Assembly (NCBI GenBank): GCA_036564885.1
Contig: DATCOE010000054.1
Coordinates: forward strand, 7,198-71,197
Origin: Gaiellaceae bacterium
Lineage (GTDB): Bacteria > Actinomycetota > Thermoleophilia > Gaiellales > Gaiellaceae
Length of the DNA stretch: 64,000 nt
Reading direction: 5' to 3'
A program made the position numbers and the translations under genes. Below the pieces are notes generated by a model, which worked only from the letters and a program-made list of their open reading frames with translations, made no database searches and had not been told where the DNA came from. Shown piece after piece: positions 18,236 through 27,805 of the stretch (position 1 is the stretch's first letter; each line of letters begins with the position of its first letter).

Positions 18236-18337
18236 CACCCGTCGCGACACGCGGTAGCGCCCCTCAGCGCGAAAAGGTGTCAGACACCTATTCGCAGCGC
18301 GGCACGGACTCGCGGCTCGAACAAGGTGTCAGACACC
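18227..18337 (+). repeat. Tripartite palindromic repeat element, locus A (three GGTGTC-N-GACACC copies, 49-bp pitch)
   Basis: Copies at 18227-18239 (centre T), 18276-18288 (centre A) and 18325-18337 (centre A). The spacers are homologous to loci B and D. Confidence 0.85.
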
Positions 18338-19207
18338 AGCGCCGGCGGCGGCACGGACGGCTTCTTCGTAGATCGGTTCGCGGCCGAAGCGGTCGAGCTC
18401 CGCGCTCAGGAGGTGGCTCGGGCTGAGATCGCCGTCGCGCGGGGGCGGCAGCTTCTCACCGCCGAGCCGAACGGACAACTGCTTGCCCTCCTCCAGCGGT
18501 CGGATCGCACGGTCGAGCCGCGCGTTCAGCCACGCCCGCAGCAGCGTCCCCTCCGCACGCGGCCCTCGGATGTGGATCTCCTGCTCGCGGATGCCGGGCC
18601 AGTAGCGCGCAAGCTCAGTGCGCCACGGCAGCGTGCGCGCCCAGGCGATGTCCGATACCGCGGTCCGACCGAACACCGCCCGCAACTCGTCGACCCGCGG
18701 ATCACTCCACTCGCTCGAGTCGACCACCAGCCTGTCGACGATGTCGATCATCTGGACGAACTCGACCGAGTCGAACACGGGCTCTCCGCGCCAGCGGCAG
18801 AACACCGGCAGATCCGAGATCAAGAGCGGCAGGACGATCGACGCCGGTGCAAGCGCGCGCGCGCCGCGCAGCGCGAGCTCGATCACCTCACCGCACACCG
18901 CACGATCACCGACCGGGAAGCAGCGGATCGAGAGCTGCGCGTCGAGCCCGTCCGGCTCGCCGGCCCGCGGCACGAGCAGAAGCGTGCGCGACGGATGACG
19001 CTCCGCCATGCCGGCGAGCGTCTCCTCGGCGATGTGCTTCCAGTCGGGCGGCACCCACGCGATGTGCGTCATCACCGAGGTGCGCAGGTTCGGCTGTCCG
19101 CCTTCCGTCGAGGTCGCGTCGCGGAGCCGAGCAAGCTCACGCTCGATCTCGGACACCGTCACGTTCTCGCCCGTCCAGCCTTCCTCGATCAACGGCGCGC
19201 TCGTCAA
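18329..19207 (-). CDS. opcA: Glucose-6-phosphate dehydrogenase assembly protein OpcA
   Basis: OpcA-like sequence directly downstream of zwf. TTG start overlaps the zwf TGA (TTGA). The stop lies in repeat copy A3. Confidence 0.8.
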   Translation of the reverse strand: MTSAPLIEEGWTGENVTVSEIERELARLRDATSTEGGQPNLRTSVMTHIAWVPPDWKHIAEETLAGMAERHPSRTLLLVPRAGEPDGLDAQLSIRCFPVGDRAVCGEVIELALRGARALAPASIVLPLLISDLPVFCRWRGEPVFDSVEFVQMIDIVDRLVVDSSEWSDPRVDELRAVFGRTAVSDIAWARTLPWRTELARYWPGIREQEIHIRGPRAEGTLLRAWLNARLDRAIRPLEEGKQLSVRLGGEKLPPPRDGDLSPSHLLSAELDRFGREPIYEEAVRAAAGAGV

Positions 19208-20730
19208 TGGCGTCTCCAGGAGCGGCCGTCGCGGTGCAGCAGCTCGTCGGCCGACGCCGGCCCCCACGTGCCCGCCGCGTAATTCGGGAACATCGGGCGG
19301 TCGCGCCGCCAGAACGCGACGACCGCGTCGACGAGAGCCCACTGCTCGTCGATCTCGTCCGACCGGGTGAACAGCGTCGCGTCACCGAGCATCGCATCGA
19401 GGATCAACCGCTCGTACGCTTCCGGCAGGCCTTCGCGAAACGCTCCGCCGTAGAGGAAGTCCATGTGCACGGTTCGGATCGTCATGCCCTGCCCCGGCAC
19501 CTTGGCACCGATCGCAAGCGAGACACCCTCGTTCGGCTGCACGTGGATCAGCAGGACGTTCGGCCGCAAGCCCTCGGCCGCACCGTCCTCGAACGGCGGG
19601 TGCGGCGCGCGCTTGAACTGGATCGCAATCGTCGTCTCGCGGCGGGCGAGCCGCTTTCCCATCCGCACGTAGAACGGCGTGTCCGCCCACCGCCAGTTGT
19701 CGACGAAGAGCTTCGCGGCGACGAACGTCTCCGTCACCGAGCCGGGCGCCACGCCGTCCTCCTCGCGATAGCCGTCCACCTCCTCGCCCTCGACGAACCC
19801 GGGGCCGTACTGCCCGCGGACGACGTGCTTGGGCCCGGGCGTGTGCAGCGACTTCAAGACCTTCACCTTCTCGTTGCGCACCGAGTCGGCCGTGAAGTCG
19901 ATCGGTGGCTCCATCGCCGTGATCGCGACGAGCTGAAGCAAGTGGTTCTGGAAGATGTCGCGGATCGCCCCTGCGGACTCGTAGTAGCCGGCGCGCGCTT
20001 CGATACCGATCGACTCCGCGACGGTGATCTGCACGTGGTCGATGAACTGGCGGTTCCAGATCGGTTCGAAGATGCCGTTCGCGAACCGCAAGGCGAGCAT
20101 GTTCTGGACTGTCTCCTTGCCAAGGTAATGGTCGATGCGAAAGACCTCAGCCTCGGTGAAGTGCTGCTTGATCTCCGCATTCAGCTCGCGCGCGGAGTCG
20201 AGGTCGTGGCCGAACGGCTTCTCGATGATCAGCCGCACCCAGCCCTCGGCGCCGCGGCGCGCGCCGATCTCTCCGACGAGCGTCCCAATCGCGCTCGGCG
20301 GGACAGCGAAGTAGTACATCCGGTTCCCCTGCGTCCCCCGCTCCCTGTCGAGCTCGGTCAGCAGCTTCGCGAGCCCGTCCTCGGCCGCGTCGTCGGAGAA
20401 ATCCAGCGTCACGTACCGCATCCCCGCTGCAAGCTCGTCCCACGTTTCCTGCTCGAACGCGTCGCGCGCGTGATCCTTGACGGCCTGTTTCATGCGGTCA
20501 CGGAACTCGCCGTCGCTCTCCTCTGTGCGCGCCGCTCCGACGACGGCAAACTTCTCCGGCAGCAGCTTCCGCGTCGCGAGTGCATAGAGCGCCGGCATCA
20601 GCTTCTTTGACGTCAGGTCGCCGGAGGCGCCGAAGATGACGAGGACGCACGGGTCGGGGCGGCGGCGCAAGCGCAGTCCAGCCTCGAGAGGATTTCCTTG
20701 CAGCGGGTTCGCCGCTTCGGGCGCCGTCAC
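19204..20730 (-). CDS. zwf: Glucose-6-phosphate 1-dehydrogenase
   Basis: VIFGASGDLTSKKL NADP site and RIDHYLGKE active-site motif. GTGA overlap with gnd. Confidence 0.95.
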   Translation of the reverse strand: MTAPEAANPLQGNPLEAGLRLRRRPDPCVLVIFGASGDLTSKKLMPALYALATRKLLPEKFAVVGAARTEESDGEFRDRMKQAVKDHARDAFEQETWDELAAGMRYVTLDFSDDAAEDGLAKLLTELDRERGTQGNRMYYFAVPPSAIGTLVGEIGARRGAEGWVRLIIEKPFGHDLDSARELNAEIKQHFTEAEVFRIDHYLGKETVQNMLALRFANGIFEPIWNRQFIDHVQITVAESIGIEARAGYYESAGAIRDIFQNHLLQLVAITAMEPPIDFTADSVRNEKVKVLKSLHTPGPKHVVRGQYGPGFVEGEEVDGYREEDGVAPGSVTETFVAAKLFVDNWRWADTPFYVRMGKRLARRETTIAIQFKRAPHPPFEDGAAEGLRPNVLLIHVQPNEGVSLAIGAKVPGQGMTIRTVHMDFLYGGAFREGLPEAYERLILDAMLGDATLFTRSDEIDEQWALVDAVVAFWRRDRPMFPNYAAGTWGPASADELLHRDGRSWRRH

Positions 20731-21632
20731 GAGCGTGGACCTTTCGACTGCGACTTCGTCTTCGCGGCCGCCTTCACCGCGTGCCCGCCGAACTGGTTGC
20801 GGAGCGCGGCGTTGACCTTCGCGGCGAACGACTCCTCCTGCCGCGACGCGAAGCGGGCGAAGAGCGCCGCGCTGATCACCGGCACCGGGACGTCCTCGGC
20901 GATCGCCTCGGCGATCGTCCAGCGCCCCTCGCCGGAGTCCTCGACGTAGCCGCGGATCTTTTCGAGCTGCGAGCCCTCCTTCTCGAACGCGGCGTGCAGC
21001 AGTTCGAGGAGCCAGGAGCGGACGACCGAGCCGTACCGCCAGATGCCGGCGATCTCGTGCAGGTCGAGCTCGAACTCGGAGGACTTCATCACCTCGAAGC
21101 CCTCGGCGTAGGCCTGCATCAGGCCGTACTCGATCCCGTTGTGCACCATCTTTACGAAGTGCCCGGCACCCGACGGCCCGACGTGGGAGTAACCGTCCTC
21201 GGGCGCGAGGGCGTGGAAGATCGGCTCGAGCCGCTTCGCTGTCGCCTTGTCGCCACCCGCCATCAGGCAGAAGCCGACCTCGAGCCCCCAGACACCGCCG
21301 GAGACGCCCACGTCGATGAACGAGATCTTCTTCTTTCGCGCCTCCTTGTACCGGCGTTGCGAGTCGCGGAAGTTCGAATTGCCGCCGTCGATGATCGTGT
21401 CACCGGGCTCGAGGAGCTTCAGTAGCTGCTGGAAGGTCTTCTCGGTGATCTCGCCGGCTGGGATCATCATCCAGACGTGACGTGGCGCGTCGAGCTGCTT
21501 CTTCAGCTCGCCGAGCGTCTTCGCGGTCGACGCGACCTGCGGGTCGTAGGTCTTGATCTCGTGCCCGTGCTCTTCGAGCCGCTTCGTCATGCCGCTGCCC
21601 ATCCGGCCGAGCCCGACCATGCCGAGTTGCAT
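20727..21632 (-). CDS. gnd: 6-phosphogluconate dehydrogenase, short (~300 aa) decarboxylating form
   Basis: MVGLGRMGSGM Rossmann motif and a 6PGDH C-terminal domain. The ATG shares one base with the pgi stop. Confidence 0.85.
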   Translation of the reverse strand: MQLGMVGLGRMGSGMTKRLEEHGHEIKTYDPQVASTAKTLGELKKQLDAPRHVWMMIPAGEITEKTFQQLLKLLEPGDTIIDGGNSNFRDSQRRYKEARKKKISFIDVGVSGGVWGLEVGFCLMAGGDKATAKRLEPIFHALAPEDGYSHVGPSGAGHFVKMVHNGIEYGLMQAYAEGFEVMKSSEFELDLHEIAGIWRYGSVVRSWLLELLHAAFEKEGSQLEKIRGYVEDSGEGRWTIAEAIAEDVPVPVISAALFARFASRQEESFAAKVNAALRNQFGGHAVKAAAKTKSQSKGPRS

Positions 21633-22993
21633 CAAGTGCTCCCTTCGATTCGGATGCGCGCGACGCGGCGGCTGCGCTCCTTGAGCGACTCGAAATCGCC
21701 TGCCGCCTGCGCGCGGATCAGCTGCCCGAACCCGAACGGCTGCCCGGGAATTGCGATCTCCTCGCCGGTGTCGTCGACGAGCTGGAGGTAGAGCCCGGTC
21801 GGTGGGCCGCCCTTGTGCAGCTGTCCGGTCGAGTGCAGGTAACGCGGCCCGAACCCGTGCGTGACGACGCACCCGGTCGCCTCCCGCGCCTGCGCGGCGA
21901 GCTCGAGCACCTTCGCCTCGTTCGCGGGTGTCGGGTTGACGAACGCTTGGATGCAGACGTAGTCACCGACCTCGGCCTGCGCGTAGAGCTCGCCGGCGGA
22001 GCCCTGCGGCTCGACATCCGGCGGAGATCCACCGGCGAGCACCTCTCGCGTTTTGTCCTTCGCCGACTGCACATCGGGCTGGTCAAAGGGGTTGATGCCG
22101 AGGAGCGCGCCCGCAACGGCGGTGGCGAACTCCCAGCGGAAGAACTCCTGGCCGAGCTCGTAGTCGGCGTGCAGGCGCACCTCCTGCGCCTGACGGTCAG
22201 GCCCGTCCGCGGGCTCCCCCGGCGCGGGAATCAGGCCCTTCCCCTGCTTGCCGGTCGACTCTGCGATCAGTTGCTCCACCCAGAGGCCGAAACCGCCGGG
22301 GGTCGGCGAGATGCAGACCTTGTCGCGGCCCTCGCGCCAGCCCTCGCCGAGTGAGAGCCCGAGCTCGAGGCCCGGGTTGCCCTCAGCGAGCCGGCAGGCA
22401 TCCGCCATCTCCTGCGCGCGGCCGAGCAGGCGCGCCACGTCCACGCCCATCAGCGCCGCCGGCACCATCCCGAACGCCGAGAGCGCCGAGTAGCGCCCGC
22501 CGATCGTCGATTCGCCCGAGAAGACCGCGGCAAACTCACGCTCACGGGCGACCTTCTCCAGATCGGAACCCGGGTCGGTGATCGCAACGAACTGGGCGCC
22601 GTTCCCGCCGGTCTTCTCCCAGAAGTAGTCGGTGTGCGAACGCGTCTCGAGCGTCGAGCCCGACTTCGACGCCGAGATGAAGAGGGTGCGCGAAATGTCG
22701 AGCTCCGCCTCGAGGTCGCGGATCGCCTGCGGGTGCGTCGTATCGAGGACGTGGAACGTCTCCTGCCGGAACGTCCGCTTGAGCACCTCGGGCGCGAGCG
22801 ATGAGCCGCCCATGCCGAGCAGCACGACCGCGTCGATGCGGTCGACGACGGACTCGGCGAACCGGAGCAGCAGGTCGACGTCTTCGCGCATCCGCCACGG
22901 CTCGTCGAGCCAGCCAAGCCACCTCGCCTCGTCGGAGCCGGTCCAGACCGTCGGGTCGCGCGACCAGATGCGCTCGACGATCTCTTTGCTCAT
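21632..22993 (-). CDS. pgi: Glucose-6-phosphate isomerase
   Basis: SIS-domain motif FISASKSGSTLET. ATGA overlap with the tal stop. The upstream part of the 732-aa ORF is a shadow frame of tal. Confidence 0.85.
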   Translation of the reverse strand: MSKEIVERIWSRDPTVWTGSDEARWLGWLDEPWRMREDVDLLLRFAESVVDRIDAVVLLGMGGSSLAPEVLKRTFRQETFHVLDTTHPQAIRDLEAELDISRTLFISASKSGSTLETRSHTDYFWEKTGGNGAQFVAITDPGSDLEKVAREREFAAVFSGESTIGGRYSALSAFGMVPAALMGVDVARLLGRAQEMADACRLAEGNPGLELGLSLGEGWREGRDKVCISPTPGGFGLWVEQLIAESTGKQGKGLIPAPGEPADGPDRQAQEVRLHADYELGQEFFRWEFATAVAGALLGINPFDQPDVQSAKDKTREVLAGGSPPDVEPQGSAGELYAQAEVGDYVCIQAFVNPTPANEAKVLELAAQAREATGCVVTHGFGPRYLHSTGQLHKGGPPTGLYLQLVDDTGEEIAIPGQPFGFGQLIRAQAAGDFESLKERSRRVARIRIEGST

Positions 22994-24096
22994 GCTGCAG
23001 CCAGCGAGGCGCGCTTGGCTCGAATGCTGTCGGTGATCTGTTCGAAGGCGTCGGCGAACTTCTGCACGCCTTCCAGCTCGAGCGTCTCGACGACGTCGTC
23101 GTAGTCGACGCCCGCGTCGCGCAGCTCGACGAGCAGCTTCTGCGCCTCGTCGATGCCCTCGAGCACCGTGTCGCCGCGCACCTCGCCGTGATCCTGGAAC
23201 GCTTCGACCGTCTCGAGCGGCATCGTGTTGACGGTGTCCGGCCCGATCAGCTCCTCGACGTAGATCACGTCGCGGTAAGCGGGGTTCTTCGTCGAGGTGG
23301 ACGCCCAGAGGCAGCGCTGCTTGCGTGCACCCTTGCCCTCGAGGAACTCCCAGCGGGGCCCGGAAAAGGCCTCGAGGTAATGCTGATAGGCGAGCTTCGC
23401 GTTCGCAATCGCCAGCTTGCCCTGGAGCTTCGTGTTGCCGAGCGCCGCCAGGCGCTTGTCGGCCTCGCTGTCCACCCGCGAGACGAAGAATGACGCAACC
23501 GACGCGATCTTCGACGGATCGCCGCCGGCGGCGACGAGCCGCTCGAGCCCGCGCAGATACGCCTCGACGACCGCCTTGTAGCGCTCGAGCGAGAAGATCA
23601 GCGTGATGTTGATCGCCGTTCCCTTGGCGGTGCACTCCTCGATCGCCGGTAGACCGGCCATCGTCGCTGGGATCTTCACCATCAGGTTGGGCCGGTCGAC
23701 CTGCTTCGCGATCCAGCGCGCCTGGTCGAACGACTTCTCGGTGTCGTAGGCGATTCCGGGCTCGACCTCCATCGAGACGAAGCCGTCGTTTCCGTTCGCC
23801 TTGTCGAAGGCCGGCCGCAGCACGTCGCACGCGTTGCGGATGTCCTCCAGCGCGAGCCCGAAGAAGATCTCGGACGGGTCGTCCGACTCCTTCAGCAGCT
23901 CCTTCATCTGAGCGTCGTAGGCGTCTCCCTCCGAGAGCGCCTTCTGGAAGATCGACGGGTTCGAGGTGACGCCGGTGACGACGTCCTCGGCCATCATCTT
24001 CTTCAGCCCGCCCGATTCGATCAGCGTCCGTGAGAGTGTGTCGAACCAGATCGACTGATCGCGCGCGGCGAGCTCATGCAGCCGTGACTTCGCCAT
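22990..24096 (-). CDS. tal: Transaldolase
   Basis: TSNPSIF motif and the Schiff-base lysine context MVKIPAT. Confidence 0.95.
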   Translation of the reverse strand: MAKSRLHELAARDQSIWFDTLSRTLIESGGLKKMMAEDVVTGVTSNPSIFQKALSEGDAYDAQMKELLKESDDPSEIFFGLALEDIRNACDVLRPAFDKANGNDGFVSMEVEPGIAYDTEKSFDQARWIAKQVDRPNLMVKIPATMAGLPAIEECTAKGTAINITLIFSLERYKAVVEAYLRGLERLVAAGGDPSKIASVASFFVSRVDSEADKRLAALGNTKLQGKLAIANAKLAYQHYLEAFSGPRWEFLEGKGARKQRCLWASTSTKNPAYRDVIYVEELIGPDTVNTMPLETVEAFQDHGEVRGDTVLEGIDEAQKLLVELRDAGVDYDDVVETLELEGVQKFADAFEQITDSIRAKRASLAAA

Positions 24097-24541
24097 CTTT
24101 CATCGTCCTTTCCATCTCTGCGACCTTCAGCAGGCGCGCCACATAGCGCTCCCCGCCGTCGAACGTCGCGTTCAAGAATGCGGCCACGAGCTCCCGTGCC
24201 AGCGAGGGGCCAACGATCTCCGAGCCGAGGCACAGCACGTTCATGTCGTCGTGCTCGACGCCTTGGTGGGCGCTGTATGAGTCGTGGCAGATCGCCGCGC
24301 GAATCCCGCTGAGCTTGCACGCGGCGACCGACGCGCCGACGCCCGACCCGCAGACGAGGACGCCACGCACGGCCTCGCCGCGCTGGATTGCCTCGCCCAC
24401 CTCGCGGGCCTTGTCGGGGTAGTCGATGCGCACCGCGTCAGTATCGGTCCCGCAGTCGAGAATCTCGTGGCCGGTGAGCGCTTCGAGCACGGCTTCCCGC
24501 AAGTGGACGCCACGGTGGTCGAAGGCGACTACGACCTTCAT
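24074..24541 (-). CDS. rpiB: Ribose-5-phosphate isomerase B
   Basis: LacAB/RpiB motif VCGSGVGASVAACK. ATGA overlap with the tkt stop. The 3' end overlaps the tal start by 23 nt. Confidence 0.9.
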   Translation of the reverse strand: MKVVVAFDHRGVHLREAVLEALTGHEILDCGTDTDAVRIDYPDKAREVGEAIQRGEAVRGVLVCGSGVGASVAACKLSGIRAAICHDSYSAHQGVEHDDMNVLCLGSEIVGPSLARELVAAFLNATFDGGERYVARLLKVAEMERTMKDGEVTAA

Positions 24542-26535
24542 GCGACGCGCTCCAGGAGTGCCACCGCGCGCATGACGACGTTGTCGAGGTTGTAGCCGAA
24601 CTCCGACAGCACGGTCTCGCCGGGAGCCGACGCGCCGTAGTGCTCGATCGAGATCGAGTCGCCGCGGTCGCCGACCCATTTCGACCAGCCGAGCTCGACG
24701 CCGGGCTCGATCGAGAGCCGCGCCCGCACGTCAGGCGGCAGCACCTCGTCGCGATACTCGGCGGGCTGCGCCTCGAAGAGCTCCCAGCAGGGCATCGAGA
24801 CGACGCGCACGGCGGTACCGTCGGCGGCGATCTTGCGCCCCGCCTCGAGCGTCAGCCCGACCTCGGCGCCCGTCCCGATCAGGATCAGATCGGGCGAGGA
24901 GGACGACTCCCAGAGCGTGTACGCCCCCCGCTCGAGCGACGTGGCGGGCGCGAGGTCGCTGCGGTCGAGCGTCGGCACCTTCTGCCGCGAGAGCGACAGT
25001 GCGACCGGGCCGTCGGTGCGTTCGAGCGCGACGCGCCACGCCTCGGCCGTCTCGTTGGCGTCGGCGGGGCGCACGAACCAGAGGTTCGGAATCGCGCGCA
25101 GCGCCGCGTAGGTCTCAACGGGCTGGTGCGTGGGGCCGTCCTCGCCTAGGCCGACCGAGTCGTGTGTCCACGCCCACACGACGGGCAGTCCCATCAGCGC
25201 TGAGAGGCGCACTGCCGGCCGCATGTAGTCGCTGAAGATGAGGAAGGTCGAGCCGAACGGCTTCACGCAGCCTCCGTGCGCTCCGATGCCGTTCACGATC
25301 GAGCCCATGGCGTGCTCGCGGATCCCGAAGGGGATGTTGCGGCCGCTCCAGCGCGCGGAGAAGAGGCCGCCGCCCTCGAACTCGGTCTTCGTCGATTCGA
25401 CCAGGTCGGCGGCGCCGCCGATCATCGTCGGCACCGCATCCTTGAACGCCTGCATCACCTGCTTGCCGGCGTCGCGGGTCGCGATCTCCTCGCCTGCCGC
25501 GAACGTGGGCGGCGTCCACGCGCCGATACGGCCGGCATGCGCCGCGTCCCACTTTTCGCGCAGTTCGGGGAACGTCTGCGACCACAGCTCGAACGACCTG
25601 CGCCATTCGCTCTCGAGCCCGTTGCCGCGGTCGACGCGGTTCATCTGCGCGTAAACCTCGTCCGGCACGTAGAAGTGCTTGTCGGGGTCCCATCCGAGCG
25701 CCTTCTTCGTCGCTGCGACCTCCTCCGGCCCGAGCGCCGAGCCGTGTGACTTCGCGGTGTCGACTGCGTGGGGCGCGCCGTAGGCGATGTGGGAGCGGAC
25801 GATGACGATCGACGGCCGCGCAGGTTCCGCCTGCGCCTCGGCAATCGCGCTGCGCAGCGCGTCGAGATCGTTGACGTCGGCGACCGACTGGACGTGCCAC
25901 CCGAGTGCTTCGAAGCGCAGCGCACGGTCCTCGGTGAACGAGATCGTGGTGGTGCCGTCGATCGTGATGTGGTTGTCGTCGTAGAAGTAGATGAGCTTCC
26001 CGAGCCCGTTCGTACCGGCGATCGAGCCCGCCTCGTACGACAGGCCCTCCATCAGGTCGCCGTCGGAGCAGATCGCGTAGACGCGGTGGTCGACGATCTC
26101 GTGCTGAGGGCGGTTGAACGTGTCAGCGAGGAAGCGCTCGGCGATCGCCATCCCGACGCCGTTCGCGAATCCCTGGCCGAGCGGTCCGGTCGTCACCTCG
26201 ATGCCTTCGGTGTGGCCGAACTCGGGGTGACCGGGCGTGGCGGAGTTCCACTGGCGGAATCGCTTCAGCTCTTCGAGCGAGAGGTTGTAGCCAGACAGGT
26301 GCAGGGCCGAGTACTGGAGGACGCAAGCGTGCCCGGCACTCAGGATGAACCGGTCGCGGTTGGCCCAGTGCGGGCTCTCCGGGTTGTGTCGCAGGACCTC
26401 GCCGTAGAGCAGGTAGGCGAGCGGCGCAAGCGCCATCGCAGTGCCAGGGTGCCCGACACCGGCCTTCTGCACCGTGTCCATCGACAGCGTGCGGATCGTG
26501 TCGATCGAGAGCCGTTCGATCTCCGTGGTCGCCAA
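24538..26535 (-). CDS. tkt: Transketolase
   Basis: GHPGTAMA and SDGDLMEG ThDP motifs. TTG at 26535 is preceded by GAGGAGGA, which lies inside the longest ORF (GTG 26550), so the shorter start is preferred. Confidence 0.95.
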   Translation of the reverse strand: MATTEIERLSIDTIRTLSMDTVQKAGVGHPGTAMALAPLAYLLYGEVLRHNPESPHWANRDRFILSAGHACVLQYSALHLSGYNLSLEELKRFRQWNSATPGHPEFGHTEGIEVTTGPLGQGFANGVGMAIAERFLADTFNRPQHEIVDHRVYAICSDGDLMEGLSYEAGSIAGTNGLGKLIYFYDDNHITIDGTTTISFTEDRALRFEALGWHVQSVADVNDLDALRSAIAEAQAEPARPSIVIVRSHIAYGAPHAVDTAKSHGSALGPEEVAATKKALGWDPDKHFYVPDEVYAQMNRVDRGNGLESEWRRSFELWSQTFPELREKWDAAHAGRIGAWTPPTFAAGEEIATRDAGKQVMQAFKDAVPTMIGGAADLVESTKTEFEGGGLFSARWSGRNIPFGIREHAMGSIVNGIGAHGGCVKPFGSTFLIFSDYMRPAVRLSALMGLPVVWAWTHDSVGLGEDGPTHQPVETYAALRAIPNLWFVRPADANETAEAWRVALERTDGPVALSLSRQKVPTLDRSDLAPATSLERGAYTLWESSSSPDLILIGTGAEVGLTLEAGRKIAADGTAVRVVSMPCWELFEAQPAEYRDEVLPPDVRARLSIEPGVELGWSKWVGDRGDSISIEHYGASAPGETVLSEFGYNLDNVVMRAVALLERVA

Positions 26536-26740
26536 CAGTCCTCCTCGCACTCGCTTCCCTGCGAGCGTAACGAAAGAGGCTTGATGTGGGATTGCGTGCT
26601 TGCGGGGCGGTGCCAGACCAAGCAGGTCGCACGGGGCGGGCGCAGGGCAGAGCGGTGCCTACGTTCAAGCCCGACCCGGGCGAGATGCGCTGCGTCTGGG
26701 CCACCAGCCGCGAGTGCGCGTGCATCCCAGATCGAGCCTC

Positions 26741-27805
26741 TTAATAGGTTGCGGCCACGCCGGCTCGGATCTCGTCTTTCAACGCCGCCTCGGCGTCCTC
26801 GCTCTGGCCCTTCAACACCGCGGCGATCACATTGCCGCCGCTCAGGAAACGGAAGACGGCGGCGTCCTCATGGAAGTCCCCTTCCAAAGCGGTGCCGTCG
26901 TGGCCGAGCGTGTCGCCGAAGGCCTTGAAGACCTGCCCGAACTGCTCGGAGAAGAACGACGAGACGGTGTCGTAGCGCGCGTCCTCGCCTGCGAGGATCT
27001 TGCCGAGCGTGGTGCCGTGGTACGCGGAGTTCGACCAGTGCTCGATGCGGCGATGCCGACGATAGAGCGGGTCGTAGAACTCGGCGACGTCTCCGATCGC
27101 GTAGACACCGGGCTGGGAGGTCTGGAACCGCTCGTCGACGACGACGCCGCCGGCCCCCCCGATCTCGAGGCCCGCGTCGGTCGCGAGCTCGACGTTCGGG
27201 ACGACGCCGATTCCGGCGACCATCAGGTCCGCGCCTTCGGGCACCTCGCTCTCCTCGAGACGAAGGTCGACCCCGTGGGCGCGGAAGAGGTCGTGCAGCG
27301 CCTCCGAGAGCGGCGGCGCTTTGAGCGGTGCGAACACCATCGGGTCGCGCACGATCTGGATCACCTCGACTCCAACGAGCGTCAGCGACGCAGTCACCTC
27401 GCAACCGATGAAGCCGCCACCGATGACGACCGCCGTGCGCGCAGCCTCGGCGCGCTTGCGCAACTCGATAGCGCTGTTGAAGGTACGCAAACCAATCGTG
27501 CCCTTGAGCTCGCGGGGTCGCGCGCCCGTCGCGATCACGATCGTCTCGGTCGTCAACTGGTCGAGCGACGCGACCGTCTCCCCGAGCCGCAGGTCGACGC
27601 CGTTCTCGGCGTACCAGTCGTACGGATGCACGAGCCCGTCCTCGGGCTTCGCGTCGCCCCGTAGCACCTTCTTCGAGAGAGGAGGCCGGTGATAGGGCCC
27701 GTGCGGGTCCTGCGACCAGATCGTGATCTCGTCGGCGCCGCCCGACTCGCGATAGCCCTCGACGAGCTTTGCCGCGGCAAGACCGCCGCCGATGATCCCG
27801 ATCAT
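26741..27805 (-). CDS. FAD-dependent pyridine-nucleotide-disulfide oxidoreductase (ferredoxin-reductase/AIF-like)
   Basis: IGIIGGGLAAAK and VVIGGGFIGCE dinucleotide folds plus an AIGDVA motif. ATGA overlap with the upstream kinase stop. Confidence 0.8.
   Translation of the reverse strand: MIGIIGGGLAAAKLVEGYRESGGADEITIWSQDPHGPYHRPPLSKKVLRGDAKPEDGLVHPYDWYAENGVDLRLGETVASLDQLTTETIVIATGARPRELKGTIGLRTFNSAIELRKRAEAARTAVVIGGGFIGCEVTASLTLVGVEVIQIVRDPMVFAPLKAPPLSEALHDLFRAHGVDLRLEESEVPEGADLMVAGIGVVPNVELATDAGLEIGGAGGVVVDERFQTSQPGVYAIGDVAEFYDPLYRRHRRIEHWSNSAYHGTTLGKILAGEDARYDTVSSFFSEQFGQVFKAFGDTLGHDGTALEGDFHEDAAVFRFLSGGNVIAAVLKGQSEDAEAALKDEIRAGVAATY

Noticed and set aside
18227-18337. Reading the three regularly spaced 13-mers as a mini-CRISPR array (also at 33431-33539 and 49021-49128).
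   Set aside because: The repeats are only 13 bp. The first is inverted relative to the last. The 'spacers' are homologous between loci. No cas genes are present.
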